Source: Tubulanus polymorphus
Lineage: Eukaryota > Animalia > Nemertea
Reading direction: 5' to 3'
Assembly (NCBI RefSeq): GCF_964204645.1
Contig: NC_134026.1
Location: 5,665,950 to 5,729,949, forward strand
Length of the DNA: 64,000 bases
Below are positions 1 to 17,613 of this stretch, piece after piece. Below the pieces are notes generated by a model. That model did no database searches. It had not been told where the DNA came from and saw nothing but the letters and a program-made list of their open reading frames with translations. The translations under genes and the position numbers were made by a program. Position 1 is the stretch's first letter. Each line of letters opens with the position of its first letter.

Positions 1-210
1 ATATGCAACGAACACACCGAGTGCACTTGATTATTACAGAGAACGACAAGCCAACATCATTTTGTTAACTTCGATTGGAAAGCACATGTAAAATCGTTTT
101 TGACGAAATCGGCAACTGAAGAAGCCTAAGTTAACTCTTACAAACATTTTACTTATTAGTAAGTAACATATAAACATTTTAGAAATACCAAATGCCTATT
201 ACACCACTTA

Positions 211-507
211 AGCCCAACGCACACGGGGAAACATTTGTTTCGCCGAAACAGAAAACACGTTTTCACAAAACGTTTTTCGTAAAACGTTTTGCCCGCAAAC
301 GATAAAACGTTCAACGCACACGGGACGAAAAACGTTTTCGACTACACAAAACGTTTTTCGCAAATCAAGCAGTGCTTGTTTCGCGAAAAACGTTTTTCAG
401 TTCGGCGTTTTGTGTTTTGCCTCCCCCGCACACGGCATAGCAAAAAACATCGAAAAAGGTTCTTTTCACGAGGAAAAAAGTTTTTTCGGTGCCGTGTGCG
501 TTGGGCT
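211..507. mobile_element. PIF/Harbinger-type (Tourist-like) MITE
   Basis: TIRs AGCCCAACGCACACGG (211-226) / CCGTGTGCGTTGGGCT (492-507); TTA on both flanks (208-210, 508-510); internal AAAACGTTTT(CG) repeats. Confidence 0.8.
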
Positions 508-1023
508 TTAAAATTACATAAACGATTTATCAATGAAAATCGGCCAATTGATATTTGTAATGTGCTCGACCCTGAAATCCAATACGTATTTCGTTGTTTC
601 TGGTTAAGCGCATCAAAATAAACATACACGAATAAAATATGATTAGATAATTTGCATTGCACTAGTTCAACAAATAAATCAACCACCTGTCAGGGTTTAG
701 ACAATTAGACAGGATACTGAACAAGAGAGACAGAGACTGGTCCCACACTATAAATCTGTGGGGAGAGAAAACTACTTGTATGACAAATGTATGTTGAATC
801 ATTTGAAATGGATGGAATGTAGGATCTTTTCAAGATACAATCTTAAAACATATATTCATTAAAAGTGGAAGCATCTGAACACAAGAAAAAAGATATCGAT
901 GTACAGTAGACTCCACCCGAATCGGATCTGATCAACGAGGGTTTGATTGAAGTAAATGAAAAAACAAGTACATGCACTTCCATTCCAACATTTAGATATC
1001 CCTAGTGTATAAGTCAATACCCA

Positions 1024-1136
1024 GGGCCCGGTTTTATAGACCGTTATTACCTTTAACCCGGGGGCTAACTTCATTCATTTTCAACTTAGTTAGCCCCTGG
1101 GTTAAAGGTACGTTACACCGGTCTATAAAGTGGGGT
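1024..1136. mobile_element. Palindromic MITE
   Basis: Arms TTATAGACCG..ACCTTTAACCCGGGGGCTAACT / AGTTAGCCCCTGGGTTAAAGGT..CGGTCTATAA around a 17-nt spacer. Confidence 0.65.
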
Positions 1137-1296
1137 GTATCCAGAGGCTAATTTTGAAGGACTTGTCACATCCCAAGCGGGCACCTTCATATCCACAAAG
1201 GTACCGGTAAATTAGGTGTTCGACAAAATAGAAAAGGGCACTCAAAAATTTTGATGGACTTGTACAAGTCTCACAAGTCGCCCTGGATACGGCCCC
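1133..1296. mobile_element. Short TIR element; related inverted copy at 51550-51665
   Basis: Ends GGGTGTATCCAG / CTGGATACGGCCC; internal AATTTTGAAGGACTTGTCACATCC and AGGGCACTCAAAAA recur as reverse complement at about 51575-51645. Confidence 0.6.
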
Positions 1297-1617
1297 ATCT
1301 ATAAAACCTAAAACCAGTTGGGGGGGGGATTGTTGACTTTCAAAACGTAGCGTTGTTCAACAACCTATGGACAATCCTTTATTTCTATTATAAATACTAT
1401 GAACTGCCAACTTAAGCTTAAAATGGTCCAGTTTGAATTGTTGTCCTCATTGAAAAAATGAGGTAACCAATTGCAATCATACCAAAAATTTGAGTTTAAC
1501 CTTTCCGTGAAACTGGGCCCAGGTGGTGTGGCCTCTATTTTTGAGTAATAAATTGTAATCACTTGTCATTTTTTAAATTTGTATGTAGTGGATTTTAAAC
1601 TTACTATCTATTCTCTT

Positions 1618-4600
1618 TTATATAACATGGACAATGTTGCGAGTTTTATTCGGAAACAATTTCAAATCATTGGCGATTACATCCAACTTTTGTTCATTTG
1701 ATTTGTTTGTACTGTTCTTGCGGAATCGCGGAGCTTGACCTTTATACAAGTAACACTGAGTAATGAATACAACATTGAAACACATTCCTATCACAGCCAA
1801 ACCTAACTTCCCTGGATTACCGAACAATAAATTCCAGTCATCTGAAAAATGTGAGGAAGAAAAACACGTGAAAATCGATTGAACTAAATTCTACGATGGA
1901 CTGAAAACAAACATACTAACCACTGTTATAGGCGTCTATTGTACATTGCAAAAGGCTAAGTACACTGCCGGAGAAATCGAGAAAAACTCCGCTAATAGCG
2001 AAGCCCTCTGTACTTTGACGTATGAAGTTTAAATAAGCCTGGAATGAGAATATAGTAAGAAAGCTTATAAGCGAGGAACGCTTATCTATTTTCAGTTGAT
2101 CATTGAAATTTCAATTAGCAGCCTAGACCCACACCTTAAGATGTTTTAAATCTAATTAATTTTTGATCACACAGAATCAGTGTGTTCATTTATGATTGAA
2201 AAGGAATAGACAAAAAGACAAACTCCAGGGGCTGCAGTGGCTCAAAAGAAAGTTAAAGATAAACGGCGGATTAATATCGTAGTAACAATGAACTTTCAAT
2301 TGTCACTATGTCAACTATCGAACTGGTTAACTCTTACCAACTTTTCAGCAACTGGCCCACGAACATTCAAAATCATAACATCACTGAACTATCAAAAACT
2401 AATCATCCTTCATGGTGAATCTTTTTTTTAATCTTAAAATAGGGAATTTCCCTGTTATTTATTTGGCTGGTAAATTTCGTTTGATTTTTAGATTGAGTGT
2501 CCCATACAGACCCACTACACCTGCCGGGAGCGAAACAGAATCTTTTAGGTGTGAGGTTCGAGGCAGTAGATTGATATACAATGTAATGTGTGTAATAATG
2601 CATCCTACCTGCGGTATATACTTCAGTGGAGTAATACCCACTTTCACGTAGGATAACAGATAAAGGTAGGCCAACCAGGTGATATTTTTCGTCAGCGCCG
2701 ACAACAACCCACTGAACACTATAAGGATCATTCCTGCGGCTAGCACCATGAACGACAAAGAAATACGTTGATCTCCGCGATCAAAAAGAAAACACTGTAA
2801 AATCATCGTTGACGTCAACATGACGGCGTGTATGGAGAAGAAATTGTCATTGGCCTGTACTGGAATTTCACTCTTCGGGTTCATTTTGAAGTAAGCCCTC
2901 TGAAAGATGTGACAATTTCACACGGTTAGAACTCTAACTCAAATTCTAATCTCTATCACCGTTATAAGCATAATGAATATTAATTAGGGGTACAGGGACA
3001 CCACTAAGAAAGTGATGCTCAACAATCTGACAAGTTCAACTCTTGAAACTCATGAGCTACTGCGCTGCAATTGAATGTGGTAGCAAAATATATACACAGA
3101 TCAATATGCAAATGGAAATACTAAGTAATTTCACCATTCAATACCTGGTGAACATATGCAATGACCTTGAAAGTCACTACATGCATAGAATTGTCATGAT
3201 CTACATCTTTGCTCTTGAAACCTGGCATTTAAAGAAATGAACTAGTTTACGAAAGTGCCAGTTATGAGAAACAAGGTGAATTTTTTAGCCATAGGATCAG
3301 CTACAGACATAGCTACAGGCATAGCTTATAGTTGACCGTTTGAAAACTCTTCAATCGATTTGACCGCGCGGAACTTACTTGGATATAAGAATTCCAGTAC
3401 AAGAACGAGTTAAATATACAGTAACAAACATGTCCGATTATATTCAACAACAAGTAGTCGAAACTAAGTCCGACCACACTGCGGCGCTTCCAGTTCTTGT
3501 AAACCTGCGGATAATAGGAGATACTCCAACTCAGGAAATACGCCCAGCCGATACAAATACTGAGATAGCCGAGATAGATGTTCTGCACGACTTTCACGTT
3601 GACGTGAAGTTTATAGAGATCGTCTAGATCTTTTTCCTTCGATTTGAACGTGATCGTGCACAGGCCGGCTTTTCCTTTCGATTGCAGCGGCAGAAATATG
3701 GACTTGGTGGAAAATTCGGGAATAACGAACGTTTCGATCGTGTCGATGATGTTTGGATCGCTGAGTATCACTTTCACTCGTGCTCCATTTGGTAGAGGAA
3801 ATCTGAAAAAAAAAACATGAGCAAGACTATACATTATATCCACGATGCAAAAAGCACAGTAGAACCTTGTTAAGGCAGATTCGGGTATAAAAACATACAT
3901 TTTGAAAGAAATGACATCGACCTAATGGTAATATCTTGCATTATGGTAATTTAATTTCAATTTCAGTTGGTCAGAACTCAGAATTGATTATTTCAAAAGG
4001 AACTTACTGAGGTTGGACACTTAGATAGCCGCCAGATGTCCTTTCAAACAATATGAATTCAGCTGACAGAACCAGAGAGGAGGATCCTGAAAAGTCATTC
4101 ATTTACATTTAGTTAGATTAAAACTTACAGAAATTGATGCTTTTTGTCTACTAAGACTACGCTTACCAAGCTTTATTTTGGCAAATATCTATCAGCTTTT
4201 ACCGAATTTTCAAAAACCGTCAGGCCTGACTAATAGAATAGAGACTTAAGGAATACTCATCTAAGACTTCAACATTTCAATAATGTGGTATTGTCGAAAC
4301 GTTAAATATTAGCTGAAGAAAACATTTCGGACTGAGGTGGAATTTTATATTAACTTTAAGATGGACAGTGCGCTTCATCAATGGCTGTGTTCATAAATGA
4401 CTGACAATAATCGAAATTTTTCGTGGATCTTCGTGTTCAATAAAACCTTTTCAGGGTCGCTACGGATTGGTCATTCCTGGATATAAGGAAGGAGTTCTCA
4501 AGGAGTAAAGAAGGAGAAAAATTTCGAGGAAGGATCTGCATCACTTAGATATATCCGTAACTCAATTTCTACTTCGGTAAATGCCTAATTTCTAAAAAAA

Positions 4601-4867
4601 AAAGAGTCATTCGAGTAATCCCTTACCAGCGGACTTTGCAACGACGAACGAATAGGCGAGGTACATCAACGCGAGCAAGGTGAATAGAATAACGAGATAA
4701 TAATCGCGGTTAGAGCTGAAATAACGTCTGAGAGGCAGATACATGACGTCTGACGGCGAGGAGGACGAGGTAGATCGGCGACGTTTCCTCTTAATCACGT
4801 CATCGTCGTCGTCGCGATTTCTACGGAATGGAACTTTGCGGTCGAAACCATTCACGACGTTTTTCAT
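1618..4867 (-). CDS. CTNS: Cystinosin (PQ-loop cystine transporter family), divergent; 6 coding exons, about 458 aa
   Basis: Exons 4867-4627, 4086-4008, 3802-3379, 2899-2609, 2038-1921, 1841-1618 with GT-AG ends and consistent phase; motifs GWAYFLSWSISYYPQVYKNWKRRSVVGLSFDY, PVQANDNFFSIHA, KYIPQAYLNF, FGNPGKLGL. An alternative start at 4744 gives a conventional signal peptide. Confidence 0.9.
2228..2358. mobile_element. MITE family also at 53040-53207 (opposite orientation)
   Basis: Its reverse complement (CAGTTGCTGAAAAGTTGGTAAGAGTTAACCAGT..ATAGTTGACATAGTGACAATTGAAAGTTCATTGTTACT) aligns by eye with 53040-53112; termini CAGT(G/T)GCTCAAAAG / CTTTTCAGCAACTG. Confidence 0.7.
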
Positions 4868-6754
4868 ACTTCCCCCCGCGGTACACAGAACTATAGACTG
4901 AAAATAAGACGAATAGGTTTATACATAACATTCTTAACCTTGTCTTACTAATTCCAAATCTAATCTACCCTAATCTACTTCAAGCCTTATCGAGAAAATA
5001 TAATTTTTATCAACTATAGTGGGTCAGCAAAGTATCCCATCCTGAATCCAATTATTGGCAATAGTCCTCAAATCACGCCAACTTTTGGTTCTCTACCCCT
5101 AACAATATCTTTTAAGGCCTAAGGCCTCTATGTGTCCGGATCTGAACATTGTTGTCATCAACATCATCCTTTTCTCCTCCATATTTTTTGCAAATATTTT
5201 GATTGATATAGGCCCTAAATAAAATGCTGACTAATATCTGATTGTGGGCCGTCAGATGCGTAGGTCAAATAAATATTTTTGAAAGTAGAAGTTAAATTTC
5301 CATTCATTTCTGCTAAAAAACAAAACAAAATACTATTTCACATTTCTATTTGGTATTTCTTTACATATTCTTTCATGCCCTTTCAAAATTATTAATTAGC
5401 CAGCTCTGCCAGGCGCTGAAAGTGAATCACTGCATGCAGATATATATCCTGTGAGCAATCAGGGAAATGGAGCAAAATCACCATGAAAATAAACAGTCGC
5501 CCAATTGTGTTGAACTAGACTATAGTAACCATCATGGAAATGTACTACTGGGATGGACACTAATATTCCACGCTATTGACACCCATGCACTTCCCAGTAC
5601 ATAGCCTATAGGCCTACATTTGGAGTAATCAAACTGAATACTGCAAGTTATAACGGAAATATGTCCATGCCTAGTGTAATTAGGCCTAAATCAAAAGGTC
5701 AGAGCGTGTGACTAAGGCCAAGGGGACTATACAATCCATTGACAGGCGCTTTAATTGGCCTACCAGCATTGATGACATCATAAATTTGCCGCGGCAACAA
5801 ATAAATCCATGATATGCTGCCACAGCGAATTTAGTTAAATTTTGTCAAAAACATGCTGTTCAAAGAAAAAAAAAGCGTCACTCATTCAGCAAACTATTCT
5901 ATTGCCGCAGCTTTCGACTGCAGTTCCAATGCCACTGAACTACGCATCCTTTCATTATTCAAATAGCCTATTTCTTACGCCAAACTATTTTCTCTCAAAA
6001 AGCTCTTTTGTTTCCTTCTTTTCTCTCCCATCTTTCCTCACCACTTATTACTTTCCCTTTTTTGAAAACGGCCCATATGGAAAAAAACTCTTTAATTTTT
6101 CTGCTGTTTTGAATTTGTAAATTTCTTATCCCCTGATTTTACTATTTCTTAGATTTTCTGTGAAATAAATGACGCTTAATATTCAATCCGATTATAGGGT
6201 CGATAGGCCTAAAAATTAGGCCTATTCCCTGGAATATGGTGGAATGAAATATTTATTTAACAGGGATCAGCCACCATAAATACGAATTACGGGAGTATTC
6301 CGTTCCGTAGGCCTAATAGGATAAATTGAGCGGCCTATTTATGATTTAACCGGGGATTATCCTACCTAATTACGATAAATTCATGGTAATTAGTACATCA
6401 TCGGAACGTCATCAGGTGAGTTCAGGAACGTCAACGCGTCAATATAACCATTCATCCGTAACTAAAAGTATCGACGATAGGTGGCGGCATTGAGAGAAGG
6501 TCACGGTCAACAAGTTATCCACTATATCGCACAATAATCGTTGATTACGGAGTTTTCTTATACAATGTAAGCACTTTTTCATCGGCTTATCAAACTTAGA
6601 TGCCAATTCTATCCGTTGATTTAAGTTTAAGTATAATTGCACCGTGATCAAGCGCATAATTTGTGTTGTAAATCGTAAAAATGTTACTTCCGGGTTACTG
6701 ATAGTCTGTGTTTAAACTGTTAGGAATTTACGATATTTATTATTTACAGCAATT

Positions 6755-7453
6755 ATGAAGCCACCACTGATTGACACCCCGTTGACAAGATATACCGAAC
6801 ATCTGTTCACTGCACAGAGGAATAAACGTTGCGCTGGTTTTGAAATGGATTATTACAAGTAAATTATTTTCTTCTAAGACTAAGAAGATTAATTTTACAG
6901 TAGTTAGAGGTACAACATAACCAACGTTACAGTACCTTTGAGAACTATATTTAGATTATCATATTACCAAATTAAAAACTAAAACAATTAAATTCAATAG
7001 ATTTCTTGTGTAAAAAGAACATTTTTGCTTTGGGAAGCATTAACCAGTTTTTTTTTTCAGCCTGGTAGGCCTAGCATAAAAGAGATGTTTTTTTCATGTG
7101 TTTTAGATGTGCTAGCCAAGTTGGTATTCACCGAATGAAAATGAATGAGGAATGCAAAGAACTGTTTGAAGATTTCCTCGAATGTGTCACTAAGAGAAAA
7201 CAGGTAGGAAAATATAGATGAAACTTTTAGAACTATGTTTGGAATAATTGATGTGTGTGACATTTGACCCTGCAGATAGGCTACGTTCAGGATATTAAGA
7301 TTTGTTTTGTGAATGTCTGGATATTATTTAACGTTTTTCTTTTATATTCTTCCATTTTAGAAAGAACGCTACGTCATTTTACAAGAGAAACTCAAATCGC
7401 AGAATGGGCCATATTTGGAAAAACCACCGGCTGACACGTTTATTCCAAATTGA
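6755..7453 (+). CDS. NDUFS5: NADH dehydrogenase (complex I) iron-sulfur protein 5, twin CX9C protein, 97 aa
   Basis: Exons 6755-6858, 7107-7203, 7361-7453 splice in frame to MKPPLIDTPLTRYTEHLFTAQRNKRCAGFEMDYYKCASQVGIHRMKMNEECKELFEDFLECVTKRKQKERYVILQEKLKSQNGPYLEKPPADTFIPN*; two CX9C motifs in the NDUFS5 pattern (C..FE....C..C....DF.EC); AATAAA near 7540. Confidence 0.85.
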
Positions 7454-7756
7454 GTGAATTTCATCGGATTTTGCCATCATAGTGTGACATTGATAGTGAT
7501 GTTTGTAGATATTAATTGTTTCTTTAATTGATTGATCAAAATAAATGTTTAGTAAACTAGCTGAGACATTGATTCTTTATATTCTGGTTTGGTGGTTTGG
7601 GCATTTGATTTGAGATATGATGGTTTGGAAGATTTCTCTTGGAGTCAACTATCAAATCTTTTTTATCTTGACTGCATTGTCACCAGCCTAGAGAATAAAT
7701 TCAGAGAAGAATACTCTAGGGACGTCACTGGAAAACAGTAATAGTACGGTTTTAGT

Positions 7757-7868
7757 TAGTCAGTAACCTGTCTGTGGTTTAGTTTCACAATCGGATATTT
7801 TCACAAACCACAAGTATAAGCCCATCCGATTATAAAAAGCTTACCACCAACGATTAGGTAACTAACTA
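7757..7868. mobile_element. Non-autonomous DNA element with 9-bp TSD (copy 1)
   Basis: Imperfect TIR TAGTCAGTAACCT / AGGTAACTAACTA; GGTTTTAGT duplicated at 7748-7756 and 7869-7877; near-identical to 8679-8808. Confidence 0.8.
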
Positions 7869-8045
7869 GGTTTTAGTCTGAATACCAGGAAAATACAAAA
7901 GGAGAGCCATACCGAAGCCGTTGTCCGCATATTCTTCTGCCGAGGCCGTTTCCGTACTTTAGACCTAACCGCATTTTGAACATGTGTGATCCGTCGTAAA
8001 AAATTCTTCTAAAACATACTTTTCTTTGATCGAGACACATAGATT

Positions 8046-14038
<5,993 letters not shown>

Positions 14039-14361
14039 ATATAGGAATTGATTTGTTTTTTAATAATAAAAAGCCTGCAATGATATGAATGGTCACGTTA
14101 CTGATTTCTCTGCTATTTATATTTCAACGGTGAATAATACATGGGCAGAACATGTTGTGTGCCCCCTGTAGAGGTAGAAGTGATTCTTTTGAACGGATCA
14201 AATGAGGATTAAAAGTTACCCGGGGTAATCTCGTATATAAATAAGGGATCAATTCCAGGGTTTCTAGCGATCAAAGATGTGTTGATATAGGTGAGAAAGA
14301 CTAGGCAAAAAAGTTATGTTAAACAATATTCATGTATTGAAATGATGTTTACATAAAGATA

Positions 14362-14520
14362 TATTGAACTCGCTTAATTCGGATGACTAGGGACTGCCAG
14401 ATTTCTCCTAATTATGAATAATAGTATACATGGTTCCAGGTTAAGTAATGTACCAAAAATTCATCCGAATTAAGTGGAAATGCGGATTGAAAAATCCGAA
14501 CTGAGTGAGTTCTACTGTAT
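14362..14520. mobile_element. Tc1/mariner-pogo-like MITE remnant
   Basis: GAACTCGCTTAATTCGGAT / ATCCGAACTGAGTGAGTTCTACTGTA; CTGTA terminus with TA. A similar CAGTAGACTCC..GGAGTCTACTGTA type occurs at 25821-25975 and 903-930. Confidence 0.5.
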
Positions 14521-16614
14521 ATACGGTGATCCAAATTAAAAAGTTGCTTGCTAAATAGATTGAAGTAAATGTGAAAGTAGACCATTTGCAATGACTGAAT
14601 GATATAAAGAATGGATGGAAGAATACCCATATTAAACCTGGTTTGACCATTAGAATATATTAGGTTCATGAGATATTCTGTTGTTCCGGTGTTATTACAT
14701 CTATTTCATTACTTCTTGTATGAAAAATCTCATGAATACCCGTAGTTCAAATTCTGCATAAAGCTGAATGGGAATTCTAAGGGATAGACTCTGATACGAC
14801 CAAGTTAAGTTAATAATCCAATGGTTATCGTTAATCTTTATTTTTTTTTATATGGGATAAAGCTAGTGAAAAAATATCCATTGTTGGAATTTAACGGAAC
14901 TCTAGGTTTGGCTAATTGATTATTCATTGGCCATTGTTGATACATGTATAAAAGTCAAGATATTTTTATCGTGCAAGGAACAAGGAACGTGTTCAGCTGA
15001 CATGTTCAATGAATTGATTAATCCCCGCCATAGAAAAATTCAATCGGCATTGATTTTCTCGAGCAGCCATGCGTTCGCTGCTCTCTATGTCAATTAAAAA
15101 GTGATTTGATATGGATTAAAAGGATTAGCGATCGGCCACTAGGTGTCTCTACTGCCAGAGATTGGCCGGTCGTGTACATGGCAACCTGTCTTACTCCAGT
15201 GATCATTTAAGTGTTAGTATTAAGACTCCCGATTGAAGTAATAAAACCGCACTGAAATTTAACGACCGGGAATACGTACGCATATATACCCAAATGAATG
15301 ATAGTGCGTCTGAGAAAGAATGAACACCGGCTGATACTGTTCTGGAATTAGAGAAAGAATTTCTTTTCGTCGTTTTGCGCAAAGCGATTACTTTCCTGAA
15401 AATATGAGCGGGCGAAGCTTTTCTTCCAGTAGACCGGTCGTGCAAAAAAATCGGCCGAAACCGAAATTGGGTGAGTAGAAATTTTTATTCTTACATAAAT
15501 GCATCGAATCTCGATTATTTTGCCTAATGCGTATTAGAATGTTTTTCATGCATGTACGCGATAATGGGAAAAGTATGCGTGAATAACGAGTTGACCGTAT
15601 ACTTAGATTTATTGCAGGCATCACTATTTGAAGTGAATGTTTAATTTTACACCTGCCATAAACTATTTAAAGAGGTTTTACTGTTGTTTGTTTGCCTGTA
15701 AGCTTCCACGTATAGAACACAAACATAAATTATTTCATACTTGGGTTTTATATTCCGTTGACTCTGTCAATTGTGTCTATTATAATTGTTGTGTGGTTTG
15801 TTTTTCTGGCCGGTTTAAAGTCGAGGCAATTATTATTTGCGAGCAATCAATGTCTGTCGTGTCATTCATATTCCAAACGACTTGTCGGATTCGCATTGAA
15901 ATTTTCCGTTCAAACTATTCTTAATGGCGTCATACCGATTGAAATAAATCCAAAAACAAAAAAAATTCTTTTCATATTCAAACTCGAATGAAATGCATTG
16001 ATAAAAGAGCAAGTTTTACCGTTAAGTTAGCTTTAACTACTGGCTGTGGTACGCTGTAATAATGCCAGAGGTAAAAATGCTGAGAAATAGATACACTATA
16101 TCGTTGAACTAGAATTGTATTGCTTTGATCTCAATGATTATAGCAAGCTGTTGATCTGAATATTTTCATCTTTTGATTGTGGAACTAGTGTCTTGATACC
16201 CGAGATACTTTGATGGCTTTTCGATTCAGCTACTCCTCAATGATTATTTTATTATTTCATTGTGTATATTTCTGACATCTATAGATGCATTGTAAGCTAT
16301 CGTTATAGTATATGTATAGAAATATCTGAAATAATGTTAAGAGCCAGTGTTTGGATCTGTATTATTTCAGACGGCTATGATACATGGTGTCATCTGCATA
16401 TTTGATGTCTAAAATGAACAATGATGAAATGTGTTGAACATATAAATTATATAGAGACCGTCTTCATACAGATATGGAAATTAGAATTGAGAATATATAC
16501 CGATATGTCAATTTAAACCGATAGGTGGGAGAGACTCACTGCTTCGATTCTATTTTGAGTTTGAAATTCTACTTGAAAATCAGATTGGGCCCAGTAAATG
16601 TAACAGGGTGAAAT

Positions 16615-16975
16615 ATTAACCATTGACGATAAAACGCTATCCATGTTGAGATGATAATGTTTAGAGAATCCCACAATAATAACGAAAAAGTAATATCAGG
16701 TCTCAAAATGTTTCCTTGAGCCAGTAGGTTATTTAATGTTTCGACTCTCTAGAGCTGCCTATTCCTAATTGTCAGGGACAGTCCCTGAAAATGCCTCACT
16801 GTTCCTGCTGGGGTTTTTTGATGCTATTGAAAATTTATTGCTGTCCCTGAAAACAATTTCTACATGTTTAAAAATGTTGTAATTCTCTATGAAAATTTAC
16901 TCGAGCTAAACTACTAGCTTGAGGAAACATTTTGGGACCTTATATCATTTTTCGCTATTATTGTTGGATTCCTTA
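16615..16975. repeat. Inverted pair of a Penelope-like repeat family
   Basis: GAATCCCACAATAATAACGAAAAAG..CAAAATGTTTCCTTGAGCCAGTAG (16667-16728) reappears inverted at about 16911-16972; the same family occurs at 54075-54181 and 56538-56691, the latter ending in a hammerhead-like motif. Confidence 0.55.
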
Positions 16976-17613
16976 CACTGAGTGAAATGTTAACTGTGGA
17001 ACTGGGTCTAGTGGTTTTCGTGTTAATAGTTCTCAGGTCTCAGTTTATCAATGAAGAAAGAGCTAATTGTTTCGTATAACAGTCGTTGAAAGTCTGATGA
17101 ATGTATTATGTCTATAGAACTTAAATGTTTTGAAAATTTATGTGTGAGATTTTACCCGGTTGACCACGTTGTGTTCCAGTTCTAGTTTTGCAGTAAAATC
17201 TCGAGAACAATATCAGTACCTCGGCGAGTGATTTATAACTTGTCTGAATACGATCTTGAAGTTTACTCAGTGTAAATGTGTACCCAACGTCGTGGCTGAG
17301 CTGATTAGATCTTTATCATTATGCAGTCAAGCCGAAATTTTTTTTTGACTGGAAAATAATGATTGAACGGACCTGATTACGACTACTATTTGAGAGTAGT
17401 TTCTACTCTGTTAAGGAGCTGCTCCCAAAAATATAGAAATGCTGTCAAAATCAGAATAATTTCTAGTTTCATTTCAATTAAACTACTATTTTTGATAGCA
17501 TATTACTCCCATTTTTGGTAAAAACTACTACATATATCAGATATCAGTTAGTTCAGTTTGATAAAATGATTGTAACAGGTATACTTCATTCTAAGACTGG
17601 ATTGAAATTTGCG

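Noticed and set aside
289-686. Overlapping 110 and 114 aa ORFs
   Set aside because: They largely span a repetitive MITE; low-complexity translation.
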